Below, piece after piece: positions 18,663 to 28,047 of a stretch of 64,000 bases of DNA. Positions within the stretch are counted from its first letter, which is position 1; the number at the start of each line of letters is the position of its first letter. The DNA lies in the NCBI GenBank assembly GCA_002305355.1, contig DBQS01000014.1:4720-68719 (forward strand). The letters run 5' to 3'. A model generated the notes under the pieces. The model worked only from the letters and a program-made list of their open reading frames with translations. It ran no database searches and had not been told where the DNA came from. Origin of the DNA: Patescibacteria group bacterium UBA1388. GTDB lineage: Bacteria; Patescibacteriota; Microgenomatia; UBA1400; PJMF01. A program made the translations under genes and the position numbers.

Positions 18663-21110
18663 TTACTCAATATATACATTTCCAGCGCTATCTACAAGTT
18701 TTGTGATGAGTGGATTGAAAGTGTATCTATTACCATCTTTATCTTTTACCAATTCAACCATGGGGTCTAGAAGTGGTGTAAAGACCGGATAATCATAAAA
18801 TTCTGCATTAACTTTGTCTGGTTGAATTCCTGCTTCTTCTCTCAAGAACATGCTTGTCGCGCTGATGAATGATGATGCAATTCCATATGGCCCAGGCTTT
18901 CCAAGAGTGACATGAAAAATTAATTGACTTTCAACGACTTGTGCAAAATTACTGGGCAAATCGAGTACTTTATTGGGTCCTAGATACCATTCCCCCGGAT
19001 GAATTTGATTCTCAGTTTCTGGTGTTCTGAATATAACAAATTTTACAGGTTTAGACCTGTCAATCACAATTTCTTTTCTTTTTCCCTGAATAGTGTAAAT
19101 AGATCCTTCAACAGAAACATTAGGACTTTGAGCTAAGATCTCAAAAAAATTATTCATCATCCTATCTACGAGGATAGCGCCATCTATATCTGAATATTCT
19201 TGAAAATCCTCATTTGGTCCAATATAACCAAGTTCTTTGTAATCTTTTATGAGCTCAGCAGTAGGATTGAAGTCCCACCTCATTTGATGTTGTGATAGCG
19301 GCATTTTTTTGAGAGAGTTTGGTAGAATTTCTAGCAAGCCAATAGGTTCTTCAATCATTCTCACTCTGTATGGATGAATGTTGTTGTATCCCGCGTAACT
19401 ACAAATTTGGGTTTGAAGGGTTTCAAATTGCTTAATAATCCAACCACTCCGGTAATCAAGATTATCCCACTCCATTTCTATTTGTTTTTCACCTGTTTGC
19501 AATTGAGCAAAAAGTTTATTTCCTATCATCCAAAGTTTAAAATCATCTTGACTAAATATTTGTTTTTCTGCTTTTCCAGTAGTTTTATTTTCTACCAGTA
19601 ACTCTTTGGGAAGGTTAGTTATTGCTTCCTTTACAATTTCATTTTCTGGGAAGGCTGCCAGAAACTCGGCAGCGGTGTATCGTTTAGCACTCACCTCCTC
19701 CATCGTTTTCCATTTGCCATTGTCAAATCTGCCTAGTTCATTGCCATTGGTGTCAAGCGCGATGGGACCTTTTTCACTATCTATATAAATACTGACTGCT
19801 GAACCGGGAAACTTCTCTACAGCAAGTGCTAATAACTGGTCAGGTTCAATCTTGCCACCCATACCAGTAGAAGCCTCATCTTCATCATTCGTACTTGCAT
19901 ACTTTTCTAAATTTGAATTAATTTCTTGCCCAGTAGTCACACTCACATCCTTGCTCTCTTGTTTTGTCAAGTTTGGATCGGCAGAAATGTAGGCTTGTCC
20001 AACACCCTCTAGATTCACGATATACCAGCCATCTTCTTCACCAACTATCTCTACTCTATCTCCTGCTTTAAGTGAACCTACCACAGTATGATTTGTGCCA
20101 GGACCAGACCTGACATTGAGAGCTGCTGCTAAAATGACTGCTTCTCTGACTGTTTTGGTAATAGTAACTTGTTCTTTTTCTTCTAAGTTCCTTTTTGGCA
20201 CCCACACATATTTAACTTCTGGTTCTTCGTTAGATTCAGCAGTAAGCTCATCATCAACAGGTTTGTCATCATCAGCTTGTGGTGCGGTATCATCAGGTGT
20301 TAAAACTACTTTTACAGCAATAAACTCTTCACCGTTAATGATCATTGATGTTGCAGACTGAATTGAATCTCCTTCTTTAAACTCTACATCTGCCATGACT
20401 GTGGTAGCATCATATGGAGAAAGTAGTGGTAAAGTATCAATCAACACGCGGTAACTTTTAATAACTGGTGATACTTCTAATTTTGACTGCGCAACTGCTG
20501 ATTCTTCTTGCCCTGCTTCTTCCTGATTGCTCTCACTTACTGGCACTGCATCCTCGCCATTAAGTTGATCACTTGAATCAATTGGTTCTGGTGTGGGTGT
20601 AGCATTAAGCAGTGGATTTTCTCCTGCTTGAATGGTGGCGGTAGGGGTGGGGACACCACTTTGAGCGGAGGCTTCGCGAGGAAGACTAGACATCAGCATC
20701 ACAGCGATGGCAACTGCAGCTGCTGCTGAAGTAACTTGTTTGTATTTTTCAGTCAAGAACAAGAATAGCCTGCCTCTATTAGCTTCTAGTCCAGTTGGAA
20801 TATCAACTTGACCGACCTGATCCATGATGGCTCGTGCTTGTTCTGGGGTAATAGCGGCCACTTCAGCAATAGTATGGTTAGGGGAAAGAGTTCGTTCAAT
20901 AATGGCTCTGAATTCTTTGATAACTTCTGGTGAAATTGATGAAATTTCTGCCAACCTAAGCTGCTCTTCTCTTCTTGGTGAAGATTCACCAACTTCTCTC
21001 CTGCCAGTTAACGACTGATTAATAGAGCTGCGAAGATTCTGTAAGTTATGTAGCTGCCCTTCTCTATCCGGATTTCCAGATCTTCTTTCGTTTTCTAAAA
21101 GTGCATCCAT
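18663..21110 (-). CDS. SH3b-domain protein with internal signal-like segment (815 aa)
   Basis: LNVRSGPGTNHTVVGSLKAGDRVEIVGEEDGWY SH3_3 motif; hydrophobic segment ending ASA|Q near residues 125-150. Confidence 0.75.
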   Translation of the reverse strand: MDALLENERRSGNPDREGQLHNLQNLRSSINQSLTGRREVGESSPRREEQLRLAEISSISPEVIKEFRAIIERTLSPNHTIAEVAAITPEQARAIMDQVGQVDIPTGLEANRGRLFLFLTEKYKQVTSAAAAVAIAVMLMSSLPREASAQSGVPTPTATIQAGENPLLNATPTPEPIDSSDQLNGEDAVPVSESNQEEAGQEESAVAQSKLEVSPVIKSYRVLIDTLPLLSPYDATTVMADVEFKEGDSIQSATSMIINGEEFIAVKVVLTPDDTAPQADDDKPVDDELTAESNEEPEVKYVWVPKRNLEEKEQVTITKTVREAVILAAALNVRSGPGTNHTVVGSLKAGDRVEIVGEEDGWYIVNLEGVGQAYISADPNLTKQESKDVSVTTGQEINSNLEKYASTNDEDEASTGMGGKIEPDQLLALAVEKFPGSAVSIYIDSEKGPIALDTNGNELGRFDNGKWKTMEEVSAKRYTAAEFLAAFPENEIVKEAITNLPKELLVENKTTGKAEKQIFSQDDFKLWMIGNKLFAQLQTGEKQIEMEWDNLDYRSGWIIKQFETLQTQICSYAGYNNIHPYRVRMIEEPIGLLEILPNSLKKMPLSQHQMRWDFNPTAELIKDYKELGYIGPNEDFQEYSDIDGAILVDRMMNNFFEILAQSPNVSVEGSIYTIQGKRKEIVIDRSKPVKFVIFRTPETENQIHPGEWYLGPNKVLDLPSNFAQVVESQLIFHVTLGKPGPYGIASSFISATSMFLREEAGIQPDKVNAEFYDYPVFTPLLDPMVELVKDKDGNRYTFNPLITKLVDSAGNVYIE

Positions 21111-21137
21111 AAATATCCTGTAATTGAAGTATTAGTT

Positions 21138-21217
21138 ACTATTATTAAGCCGTTATTTGCTTCAAGTCAATGTATTTTAATTGTATCTTATAATAATTGC
21201 AATGTGTATCAAATACA
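21138..21217. promoter_or_regulatory. Divergent promoter region with clustered TGTAT boxes
   Basis: Minus strand AATACA-TTGACT-18-AATAAT; TGTAT at 21171, 21182 and 21205, ATACA at 21213. Confidence 0.5.
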
Positions 21218-21332
21218 TACTTGAGAACAGTGTCGAGTTGGCTCATAATCTCTTAAAAATTACTCAACAGAGAATTTGCAGCCGGTGTACAATACCCAGC
21301 ACAATTATTATAGATTTTGATAGAATTTTTAG

Positions 21333-22202
21333 ATGTCATCTTCAAAAAATAGCCAATTTGCTCCACCTTTGCCAAATCAGAAGTGTACTTACGAACAGTT
21401 GGAATGGTATTTGCGCCATAAACACGATTTGCCTGCCAGTGACCGGGAAAAATATAAGTATTTAATCGACAATTTTAAGGAGTGTTGGGAAATTTGGAAT
21501 CGGGTGCGGTGGGACGCGGCGATGAAGAGCAGGGGTGTTTTAGAACTAAAAAAATATTTGGGGAATGATTTTATACCTTATTTTGATTCTTCTTGGGCAT
21601 TGGCTAATGAATGGAACAACAAAAAGCGAACATCAAAAAAATTAGTTGAAGATTTTTATCAACATACTCCTCATTACATGTACAATTCGACAGTATTTTT
21701 TGAAAGCGGAGATAGAATTAATTTTCATGACCACTTACTAAAACTAATCGATGAATATAACATTACATCAGCAGTCGACTATGGTTGTGGTGTTGGCAAC
21801 GATGGTTTGATGATGGTTGAAAAAGGTATAAAAGTTTCTTTTGTTGATTTTTTGTCACCAACTTTAGAATTTCTAAAGTGGAGATTGCAAGATAGAAGTA
21901 TTAAGCCAGATTTATATTCCGTTCATGAGTTAAGACAAGAAAAGCCAGGAGTTATTGATGCAGATATGTTTTGGAGCATAGATGTTATCGAACACATGCT
22001 AGATCAAACAGAAATTTTCAAATACATACCAACAAGCACGAAACTAGCAGTGTATTACACAGACGATGATGAAGAAGCTGGAACAAGACACCCATTTCAT
22101 TTTAAAATCAATCATAAGTTATTATCAAAAATGTTTTCTGATTTAGGGTTTAGAAGAATTCCAAATGATCTTCTTGTTGTATGGTATAGGGAGAATTTTT
22201 GA
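21333..22202 (+). CDS. Class I SAM-dependent methyltransferase
   Basis: AVDYGCGVG motif I, VSFVDF, DVIEHM; N-terminal extra domain. Confidence 0.85.
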   Translation: MSSSKNSQFAPPLPNQKCTYEQLEWYLRHKHDLPASDREKYKYLIDNFKECWEIWNRVRWDAAMKSRGVLELKKYLGNDFIPYFDSSWALANEWNNKKRTSKKLVEDFYQHTPHYMYNSTVFFESGDRINFHDHLLKLIDEYNITSAVDYGCGVGNDGLMMVEKGIKVSFVDFLSPTLEFLKWRLQDRSIKPDLYSVHELRQEKPGVIDADMFWSIDVIEHMLDQTEIFKYIPTSTKLAVYYTDDDEEAGTRHPFHFKINHKLLSKMFSDLGFRRIPNDLLVVWYRENF

Positions 22203-22226
22203 GTTACATGATAGAATGCAAGAATC

Positions 22227-22802
22227 ATGAAAACATATTTTACATGTTCTGCCAGAGGAAATAGACAATTAAAAAATAATTATTTAAAGATTTTTGAAAT
22301 AATTGAAAACTTGGGCTACTTTCATGTCGATGATTATCGCAAAGCTAATGATCCAAAAAAAGTGTATGAATCCTCAAGAGAGGCAAATTTACAACTTTAC
22401 GAAAAGGCAATGCTATGTATCAAGAAGGCTGACATTATCATATTAGAGGTGTCTACCCATAGCTTATCAATGGGGTATTTGCTTCAACAAGGACTTAGTA
22501 TGGGAAAACCAGTTGTAGCTTTGTATGCAGAGGGACACAATCCTGCATTCATCAATGGCATTGAGAACGAAAAACTTCAAATAATTGAATATTCAGATGA
22601 GAATTTAGAGAGTGAACTTTCATCAGCACTAAAAAACTGTGAAGATTTGAGTGATGTTCGTTTTAATTTTTTCATATCTCCTGAAATTGTCAGATATTTG
22701 GAATGGATTTCTAAAGTGAAAAAAATTCCACGTTCTGTTTATTTGCGGGCTTTAATAGAAGAAGACCTTGAAAATAACCGGGAATTTCGTAGATCAAAGT
22801 AA
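22227..22802 (+). CDS. NDT/Rcl-fold domain fused to ribbon-helix-helix (catalytic Glu absent)
   Basis: YFTCSARG...KKADIIILEVSTHSLSMGYLL...GKPVVALY; C-terminal VRFNFFISPEIVRYLEW...PRSVYLRALIEE. Confidence 0.75.
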   Translation: MKTYFTCSARGNRQLKNNYLKIFEIIENLGYFHVDDYRKANDPKKVYESSREANLQLYEKAMLCIKKADIIILEVSTHSLSMGYLLQQGLSMGKPVVALYAEGHNPAFINGIENEKLQIIEYSDENLESELSSALKNCEDLSDVRFNFFISPEIVRYLEWISKVKKIPRSVYLRALIEEDLENNREFRRSK

Positions 22803-23384
22803 ATGAGCAGGATTATTAAGATATTCTACAATTTTTCAGTACGAAGCTCACCTGGTGTGTTGATAAGTTCGAAAAATATTATTAAATGGTTTAAGTCTCA
22901 AAAATATATATTGACTTATAACGCATTTAAAAATGGATCTGCAAGTGAAATATATTCATCAGAAATGGAGAGGTTAGAATACTTGTTTGAATCTGCTACC
23001 CAAGCCCTTAAAGACTCCGACCTTTGCATTTTAGAAATCTCCACCCACAGTCTTTCTCAAGGCTATCTCCTTCAAAAAGCCCTTGAGGAAGGCAAACCTA
23101 CTATCGCTTTACATCTCCCAAATTGTTTGCCCGTTTTTGTGGCGGGAATTCATGACAGCCGGTTGCAAGTCGTTGAATACACTCCAGCCAAAATGATTGC
23201 TGTTTTGAAGGAGGCAATCAACTACGCATCAGAAGACTTTGATATTCGTTTCAACATGATGCTTTCCCCCACCCTGAATAGTTATCTTAAACAACTAGCT
23301 AAGCAGAAAAACATGTCCCGTTCCTCATGTGTCAGAGCGATGATTAGAGAGAATATGGTGGTTGCTCAAGCCAGGATGAATTAG
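22803..23384 (+). CDS. Paralogous NDT/Rcl-fold + RHH protein
   Basis: DSDLCILEISTHSLSQGYLL...GKPTIAL; IRFNMMLSPTLNSYLKQLAK..MSRSSCVRAMI; ATG abuts the previous stop. Confidence 0.75.
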   Translation: MSRIIKIFYNFSVRSSPGVLISSKNIIKWFKSQKYILTYNAFKNGSASEIYSSEMERLEYLFESATQALKDSDLCILEISTHSLSQGYLLQKALEEGKPTIALHLPNCLPVFVAGIHDSRLQVVEYTPAKMIAVLKEAINYASEDFDIRFNMMLSPTLNSYLKQLAKQKNMSRSSCVRAMIRENMVVAQARMN

Positions 23385-23477
23385 TGCGGCGATTGGGAAA
23401 TATGAACGACCAACTTTCCACTTGCACTTGTTGCTTCAACTACGTTATTATGGAACAGTTATGGATTAGTTTTTCCT

Positions 23478-24293
23478 ATGCAAAAATATTTCCTCAAGCA
23501 AATCCGTAGTCAAAATAGCTCTTCCCAATCAGGTCAAATTGCTATCATTGTGCTCTTGATTATGGTGGTGTTGTTGATCGTGGGTTTGTCATTGGCCAGA
23601 AGAACATCGGAAGAGATTTTACTGTCTGGGCAAGTGGAAGATACGACAAGAGTGTTTAACGCTGCGGAGACTGGGATTGAAGATGCGCTTTCAGATGAAA
23701 GTAATTTTGCGACAACTGAGAAAAGTGGGGAGGGCACTGTGGGTGACGCGCAGTATGAGTACAGCGTCAATCCTGAAATTGAGTTGGTTGACAAGTTGGA
23801 GCCGAATCAAGTGGCGACGGTGGATTTGAATGGCAAAGCCAATAATTCGACTTTCGATGTGTATTGGGCTAAAGATGGAAATTGCGCCGATCGTGCGGTG
23901 ATCATTGTTTCTGTCTATTATGACAATGGCGCGAGCGTTTACCATGAGGCTCTCAAGCCAGGGTGTTTATCAGAAGATATGGGCAAAAATTTTACTCAAA
24001 TTGCGGAGCAAACTTCTGTGCAAATAAACGCAAACGGAGGTTATTATCATACAGCGCAGATTAATGTAAAAAACACTCCAAAATTTGCCCGCATTCGTCC
24101 GCTCTACCACAGCACCGACATCCGCGTTACTAACGCTGGTCAACAGATGTACACCATTCGTTCAGAAGGAACCGAACAAGATCCAGACGGCCGGAGCGAA
24201 CAGCGCGCGATTGAAGTGACCAGAACCAAACCCGCGCCACCAGCGGTGTTTGATTATGCGCTGTACAGCGGTGGAGATTTGAGTAAGCCTTGA
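23478..24293 (+). CDS. pilX: PilX-like minor pilin
   Basis: SG|QIAIIVLLIMVV (no Glu5), FNAAETGIEDAL PilX_N motif, YTIRSEG...RAIEV. Confidence 0.8.
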   Translation: MQKYFLKQIRSQNSSSQSGQIAIIVLLIMVVLLIVGLSLARRTSEEILLSGQVEDTTRVFNAAETGIEDALSDESNFATTEKSGEGTVGDAQYEYSVNPEIELVDKLEPNQVATVDLNGKANNSTFDVYWAKDGNCADRAVIIVSVYYDNGASVYHEALKPGCLSEDMGKNFTQIAEQTSVQINANGGYYHTAQINVKNTPKFARIRPLYHSTDIRVTNAGQQMYTIRSEGTEQDPDGRSEQRAIEVTRTKPAPPAVFDYALYSGGDLSKP

Positions 24294-24323
24294 TAGGGAT
24301 ATTAATAGGATTAAGGAAAAGTC

Positions 24324-25334
24324 ATGCCTGCCACAGCACTTGATATCGGCACGTATAGTATCAAAGCCATTTCCGGAGAGCCTGGTAGTAAGCCGCAAGT
24401 TAATCGAGTGGTAGAAGTTTTCAACCCCAGCGGGGTGGCAGTGCCCACCGATGATGCCGGAGTGGAAAAGTTGGCGGCATTGGTAGAGTCAGTTTTGGGT
24501 GATTACGATTTACCGCGCAGAGATGTGCGCTTATCTATCCCGGAAACGATGGTTTCTACTAAAGTGATTTCTATTCCTCCCCTTTCCGATGCAGAACTGG
24601 CTTCGGCTATCAACTGGCAGGCTGAGCAACACATTCCTATTCCCCCAGAAGAATTAGCACTTGAGTACCAGGTTGTTTTTCGGCCTAGCCGGCGTGATGA
24701 TAAGCAGCCGATGCGGGTGATGCTGGTGGGCTTGAGGAAACAGATTATTGATCGTTATGTACAGGTGATGCACCAGATTGGGGTGGAGCCAACTTTGATT
24801 GAAACGCAAGTGCTTTCCATTATGCGCTCACTGCAATTTACCAATCAAGACCCCACCACCTTGTTGGTACACATTGGCGGTTCTAGCATGAATTTGGCCT
24901 TGATTCATTTGAATGAACTCAAGTTTGTGTTATCACATTTAAATGGCGGCCAATTGTTGTCTAAAGCACTGGAGCAAACTCTGGGGTTAGATGCTACCCA
25001 AGCCGAGCAGTACAAGCGCACCTATGGTTTAGATCCCGCCCAATTTCAAGGTAAAGTACGTGAGGCGTTGATGCCGGCTACTCGCCTTTTAGTTACTGAA
25101 ATTAAAAAATCCGTGCAATTCTTTGTCAATCAAAATCCTCAGGAATCGGTGAAAAGGATTGTGCTTTCGGGAGGTTCAGCCGCTTTACCGGGGATAGTGC
25201 AATTTATTACTGATGAGATTGGCTCAGAAGTGTTGGTGGCGGAACCGTTCGCTACTGCAGGCGGTAATATCCCAGACCAAATCAACCGTCCAGCCATGGC
25301 CGTCTGCATGGGTTTATTGTATCGTGACGCGTAA
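24324..25334 (+). CDS. pilM: Type IV pilus assembly protein PilM
   Basis: ALDIGTYSIK, WQAEQHIP, AEQYKRTYG, IVLSGGSA.LPG actin-like motifs. Confidence 0.93.
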   Translation: MPATALDIGTYSIKAISGEPGSKPQVNRVVEVFNPSGVAVPTDDAGVEKLAALVESVLGDYDLPRRDVRLSIPETMVSTKVISIPPLSDAELASAINWQAEQHIPIPPEELALEYQVVFRPSRRDDKQPMRVMLVGLRKQIIDRYVQVMHQIGVEPTLIETQVLSIMRSLQFTNQDPTTLLVHIGGSSMNLALIHLNELKFVLSHLNGGQLLSKALEQTLGLDATQAEQYKRTYGLDPAQFQGKVREALMPATRLLVTEIKKSVQFFVNQNPQESVKRIVLSGGSAALPGIVQFITDEIGSEVLVAEPFATAGGNIPDQINRPAMAVCMGLLYRDA

Positions 25335-25346
25335 AGAGGATTATTC

Positions 25347-26006
25347 ATGGCCAGAACTATCAACTTTGTCCGCGATCGCCGTCAAACCATTAGTCGGCAG
25401 GTCAAACAAGATCAAGCTATATTACGTTATGTTATTTACGCCTTAATTGGTATTGGTTTGGTATTGTTTGCGGTGCTAGCCGTGCGTTTTTTCTTTATTT
25501 TTCGCATTAAGATGATCACAGATCAGCAGGCAGCAACTAGACAAGCGATCGTTGAAAAAGAAGAGTTGGAAAAGGAGTACACCATTTTTGCCCATAAATT
25601 GAAAGCAATTACTGATTTATTTGGCAAACGAAGAGAAAAACAAGAAGCGTTGGCTTTTTTTAGCGGATTGTTTGATCCAGGAGTGGTGATTAGTCAGCTG
25701 AGTTATAAAGCTGGTGAGGAAATTTTGTCTTTTACGATTGATTCACCCAGCATTTTTGCCCTGGAAAAAGTGTTTGAGATTATGAATAGCCCGGAAGTTG
25801 AAGAAAAGTATCCCCAAATTATGAAAAATTCTCTTTCTAGAGGTGCCAATGGTCATTACGGTATGTCAATTACTTTACCGCTCGGCGATTCACCATTGGA
25901 TACTTTAGATGAGGAAGGGATGGAACCCGTTGATGATGATATGGGCGTTGAGGGAGTGGGTGCAGACGGCGCGGGAGATGACACCGGTCAGCCAATGGCG
26001 GAATAA
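25347..26006 (+). CDS. pilN: PilN-like protein
   Basis: INFV motif (INLL-like), TM, coiled coil; follows pilM; acidic tail. Confidence 0.75.
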   Translation: MARTINFVRDRRQTISRQVKQDQAILRYVIYALIGIGLVLFAVLAVRFFFIFRIKMITDQQAATRQAIVEKEELEKEYTIFAHKLKAITDLFGKRREKQEALAFFSGLFDPGVVISQLSYKAGEEILSFTIDSPSIFALEKVFEIMNSPEVEEKYPQIMKNSLSRGANGHYGMSITLPLGDSPLDTLDEEGMEPVDDDMGVEGVGADGAGDDTGQPMAE

Positions 26007-26053
26007 GACGTCAGCGAAATTTAGATTAAGATTGAGGAAATACTAAAAAACAT

Positions 26054-26959
26054 ATGTTAGAACAAGTTGACCAAAGCGATTTAAGAATTTTTTGGGTAAC
26101 TAGGAAGGCGCTGGTTTTTGCCTTGGCTTTGGCAATGGTGGGCGCGGTACTTGTCTTTTCTGTGACTATTCCCCAAATTCAGGAGACTCGCAAATTGTAT
26201 GCTGATTTGGAAAAAGAAAAACCGATTTTGGAAAAGCTAGAAAATAAGTTAGCTCAACTGGAAGCGATTGTGACGACACCTGAATATGCACAAATAGAAG
26301 TGATCAACGATGCTCTCCCCTCAAAGAAGCCACTATTGGAATACCTGATGGGATTGAGCATGGTGAGTGAAGAGGCCAACGTAGTGATCACTAATTTTGA
26401 GACATCTCCTGGATTAGTAGCGACAGATGCCGCAGAACTGGAAAAAAATCAAAAATCGCATGTTGACGTGGAATCCATGAAACTGGAATTAGATTTAGAG
26501 GGTGACTGGGCGGAAATTCAGACTTTCATGTTGAAGGTAGAAGAAATTGCGCCATTTACCACCATTACTCAAATGGATATTGGCAACTCTTTAACTTCGG
26601 ACACTGTTGACGAAATTGAAACTTTTCAAGCAAGTTTGAGTACAGAAACTTACTTTTTTACCAAGACAATTGAATCTAAAGTTGATAGTCCGTTACCAGT
26701 CATATCGGGTCCGGAAACGCAGGTTTTGCATTTGCTAGCTTCATTTGTGCCCACCGAACTGCCTAGCCAGACTGAGATAAGAGGTGGCGGTTTAGAAGAT
26801 TTATTTCAACTGCGATTGCGATCCGATGAAGAAGCAGCAGTCATGTTGGAAGATTTTGAGATAGAGACTCAATCTACTCAAACACCAGAGATGCCCACAG
26901 TTGACGATACCACTTCTACTGAGTTGGAGAGCCCAACGCAGGTAGGAGAAGAAATTTAG
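26054..26959 (+). CDS. pilO: PilO-like protein
   Basis: TM, coiled coil, ALPSKK, LEGDWAEIQTFMLKVE; follows pilN. Confidence 0.75.
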   Translation: MLEQVDQSDLRIFWVTRKALVFALALAMVGAVLVFSVTIPQIQETRKLYADLEKEKPILEKLENKLAQLEAIVTTPEYAQIEVINDALPSKKPLLEYLMGLSMVSEEANVVITNFETSPGLVATDAAELEKNQKSHVDVESMKLELDLEGDWAEIQTFMLKVEEIAPFTTITQMDIGNSLTSDTVDEIETFQASLSTETYFFTKTIESKVDSPLPVISGPETQVLHLLASFVPTELPSQTEIRGGGLEDLFQLRLRSDEEAAVMLEDFEIETQSTQTPEMPTVDDTTSTELESPTQVGEEI

Positions 26960-27028
26960 GATATTTTCAAAAAAATCTCAGACGATAATTGAATTTGAAA
27001 TTTAAGTCCAAATTGATGGGCTCGTTTT

Positions 27029-27274
27029 CTATGCTAACTCACTACCATCTGCCAAGACAATCTTAGCGCGAATACCCTCTTTGAGTGCCCGAATTTTTCC
27101 AATGTTGCGAATTGCAAAAATGATCGAACCACCCTTACCAATGACGCGGCCGATGTCTTCTTGGTTGACGTGAATGGTATAAACCGTGCCCCTTTCGTCC
27201 GGAGTTTCTTCAATTTGCACATCTTCCGGATGACTTACGAGATGAATGACGATAAATTCGAGCAGGTTTTTCAT
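27029..27274 (-). CDS. khpA: KH-domain RNA-binding protein
   Basis: EDIGRVIGKGG..I.AIR; downstream of rpsP. Confidence 0.93.
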   Translation of the reverse strand: MKNLLEFIVIHLVSHPEDVQIEETPDERGTVYTIHVNQEDIGRVIGKGGSIIFAIRNIGKIRALKEGIRAKIVLADGSELA

Positions 27275-27313
27275 AAGGTGTTCTAAAGTTAGTTAATACA
27301 ATTGCTCATCTTG

Positions 27314-27889
27314 TCAGGATTTTGTGTCGGCTGACTTAGCAGTTTCAGCCGATTTGGTTGCATCAGCAGTCTTGGTTGTATCGGTAGATTTGTTTGCATC
27401 AGTCGATTTATCGACACCACTAATCGATTCAGCTGGTTTGGTTGATGATTCAACCTCAACCTTGGATTCCACTTTAGCTTCATCCTCGACTTTAGCTTCA
27501 TCCTCGACTTTAGCTTCAGTTTCTAGTTGGGGTTCTGTCTTTGGTGCTGCAGCTGGCTCTGCCGCTGGTACGACCTTTTTTTCTGCGGCTGGTTGAGCAG
27601 CTTTCGCAGCGGCTTTTTTAGAGGGTTTTTTCTTTTTAGCAGGGAATGGATTACCGGATTGAAAACGCTTAAATAAGCTTGCTACTGTGTCGGTGGGTTG
27701 AGCGCCCTTAGCAACCCACTTCTCATACTCAGCGACATCAATTTCGAGTAATTTAGGATGTTGTGTAGGGGCATAATGACCTAAACTTGCATTGTACTTA
27801 CCATCACGTTTGCTGCGTGCTTCTGTAACCACGAACCGGTAGTGAGGTTGATTTCTCTTTCCAAAGCGAGCAAGTTTAATTTTTAGCAT
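27314..27889 (-). CDS. rpsP: 30S ribosomal protein S16 with long C-terminal tail
   Basis: MLKIKLARFGKRNQPHYR...RDGK...GAQPTDTV. Confidence 0.95.
   Translation of the reverse strand: MLKIKLARFGKRNQPHYRFVVTEARSKRDGKYNASLGHYAPTQHPKLLEIDVAEYEKWVAKGAQPTDTVASLFKRFQSGNPFPAKKKKPSKKAAAKAAQPAAEKKVVPAAEPAAAPKTEPQLETEAKVEDEAKVEDEAKVESKVEVESSTKPAESISGVDKSTDANKSTDTTKTADATKSAETAKSADTKS
27471..27518. repeat. 18-bp tandem repeat (2.7 copies) in the rpsP tail
   Basis: ACTTTAGCTTCATCCTCG x2 plus 12 bp; encodes EAKVED repeats. Confidence 0.9.
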
Positions 27890-28047
27890 ATTTTCTTTTA
27901 CTTATACTTTAATTTATTAATTTAATGTTTTTTAAAAATTGTTTAATCTGAATCGACTGCCGGATTATACTCTAGCCCGATTACTTTCTCAAGGGCGCTC
28001 TTAATTTATCAAGCAGATTGACCGGTGTGATGATTTGTACTCACCCT

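Noticed and set aside
8087-23477. Whole-cassette inversion that would place pilW next to pilX
   Set aside because: No inverted repeat found between 8087-8353 and 23385-23477; only a short direct TTTCCACT match.
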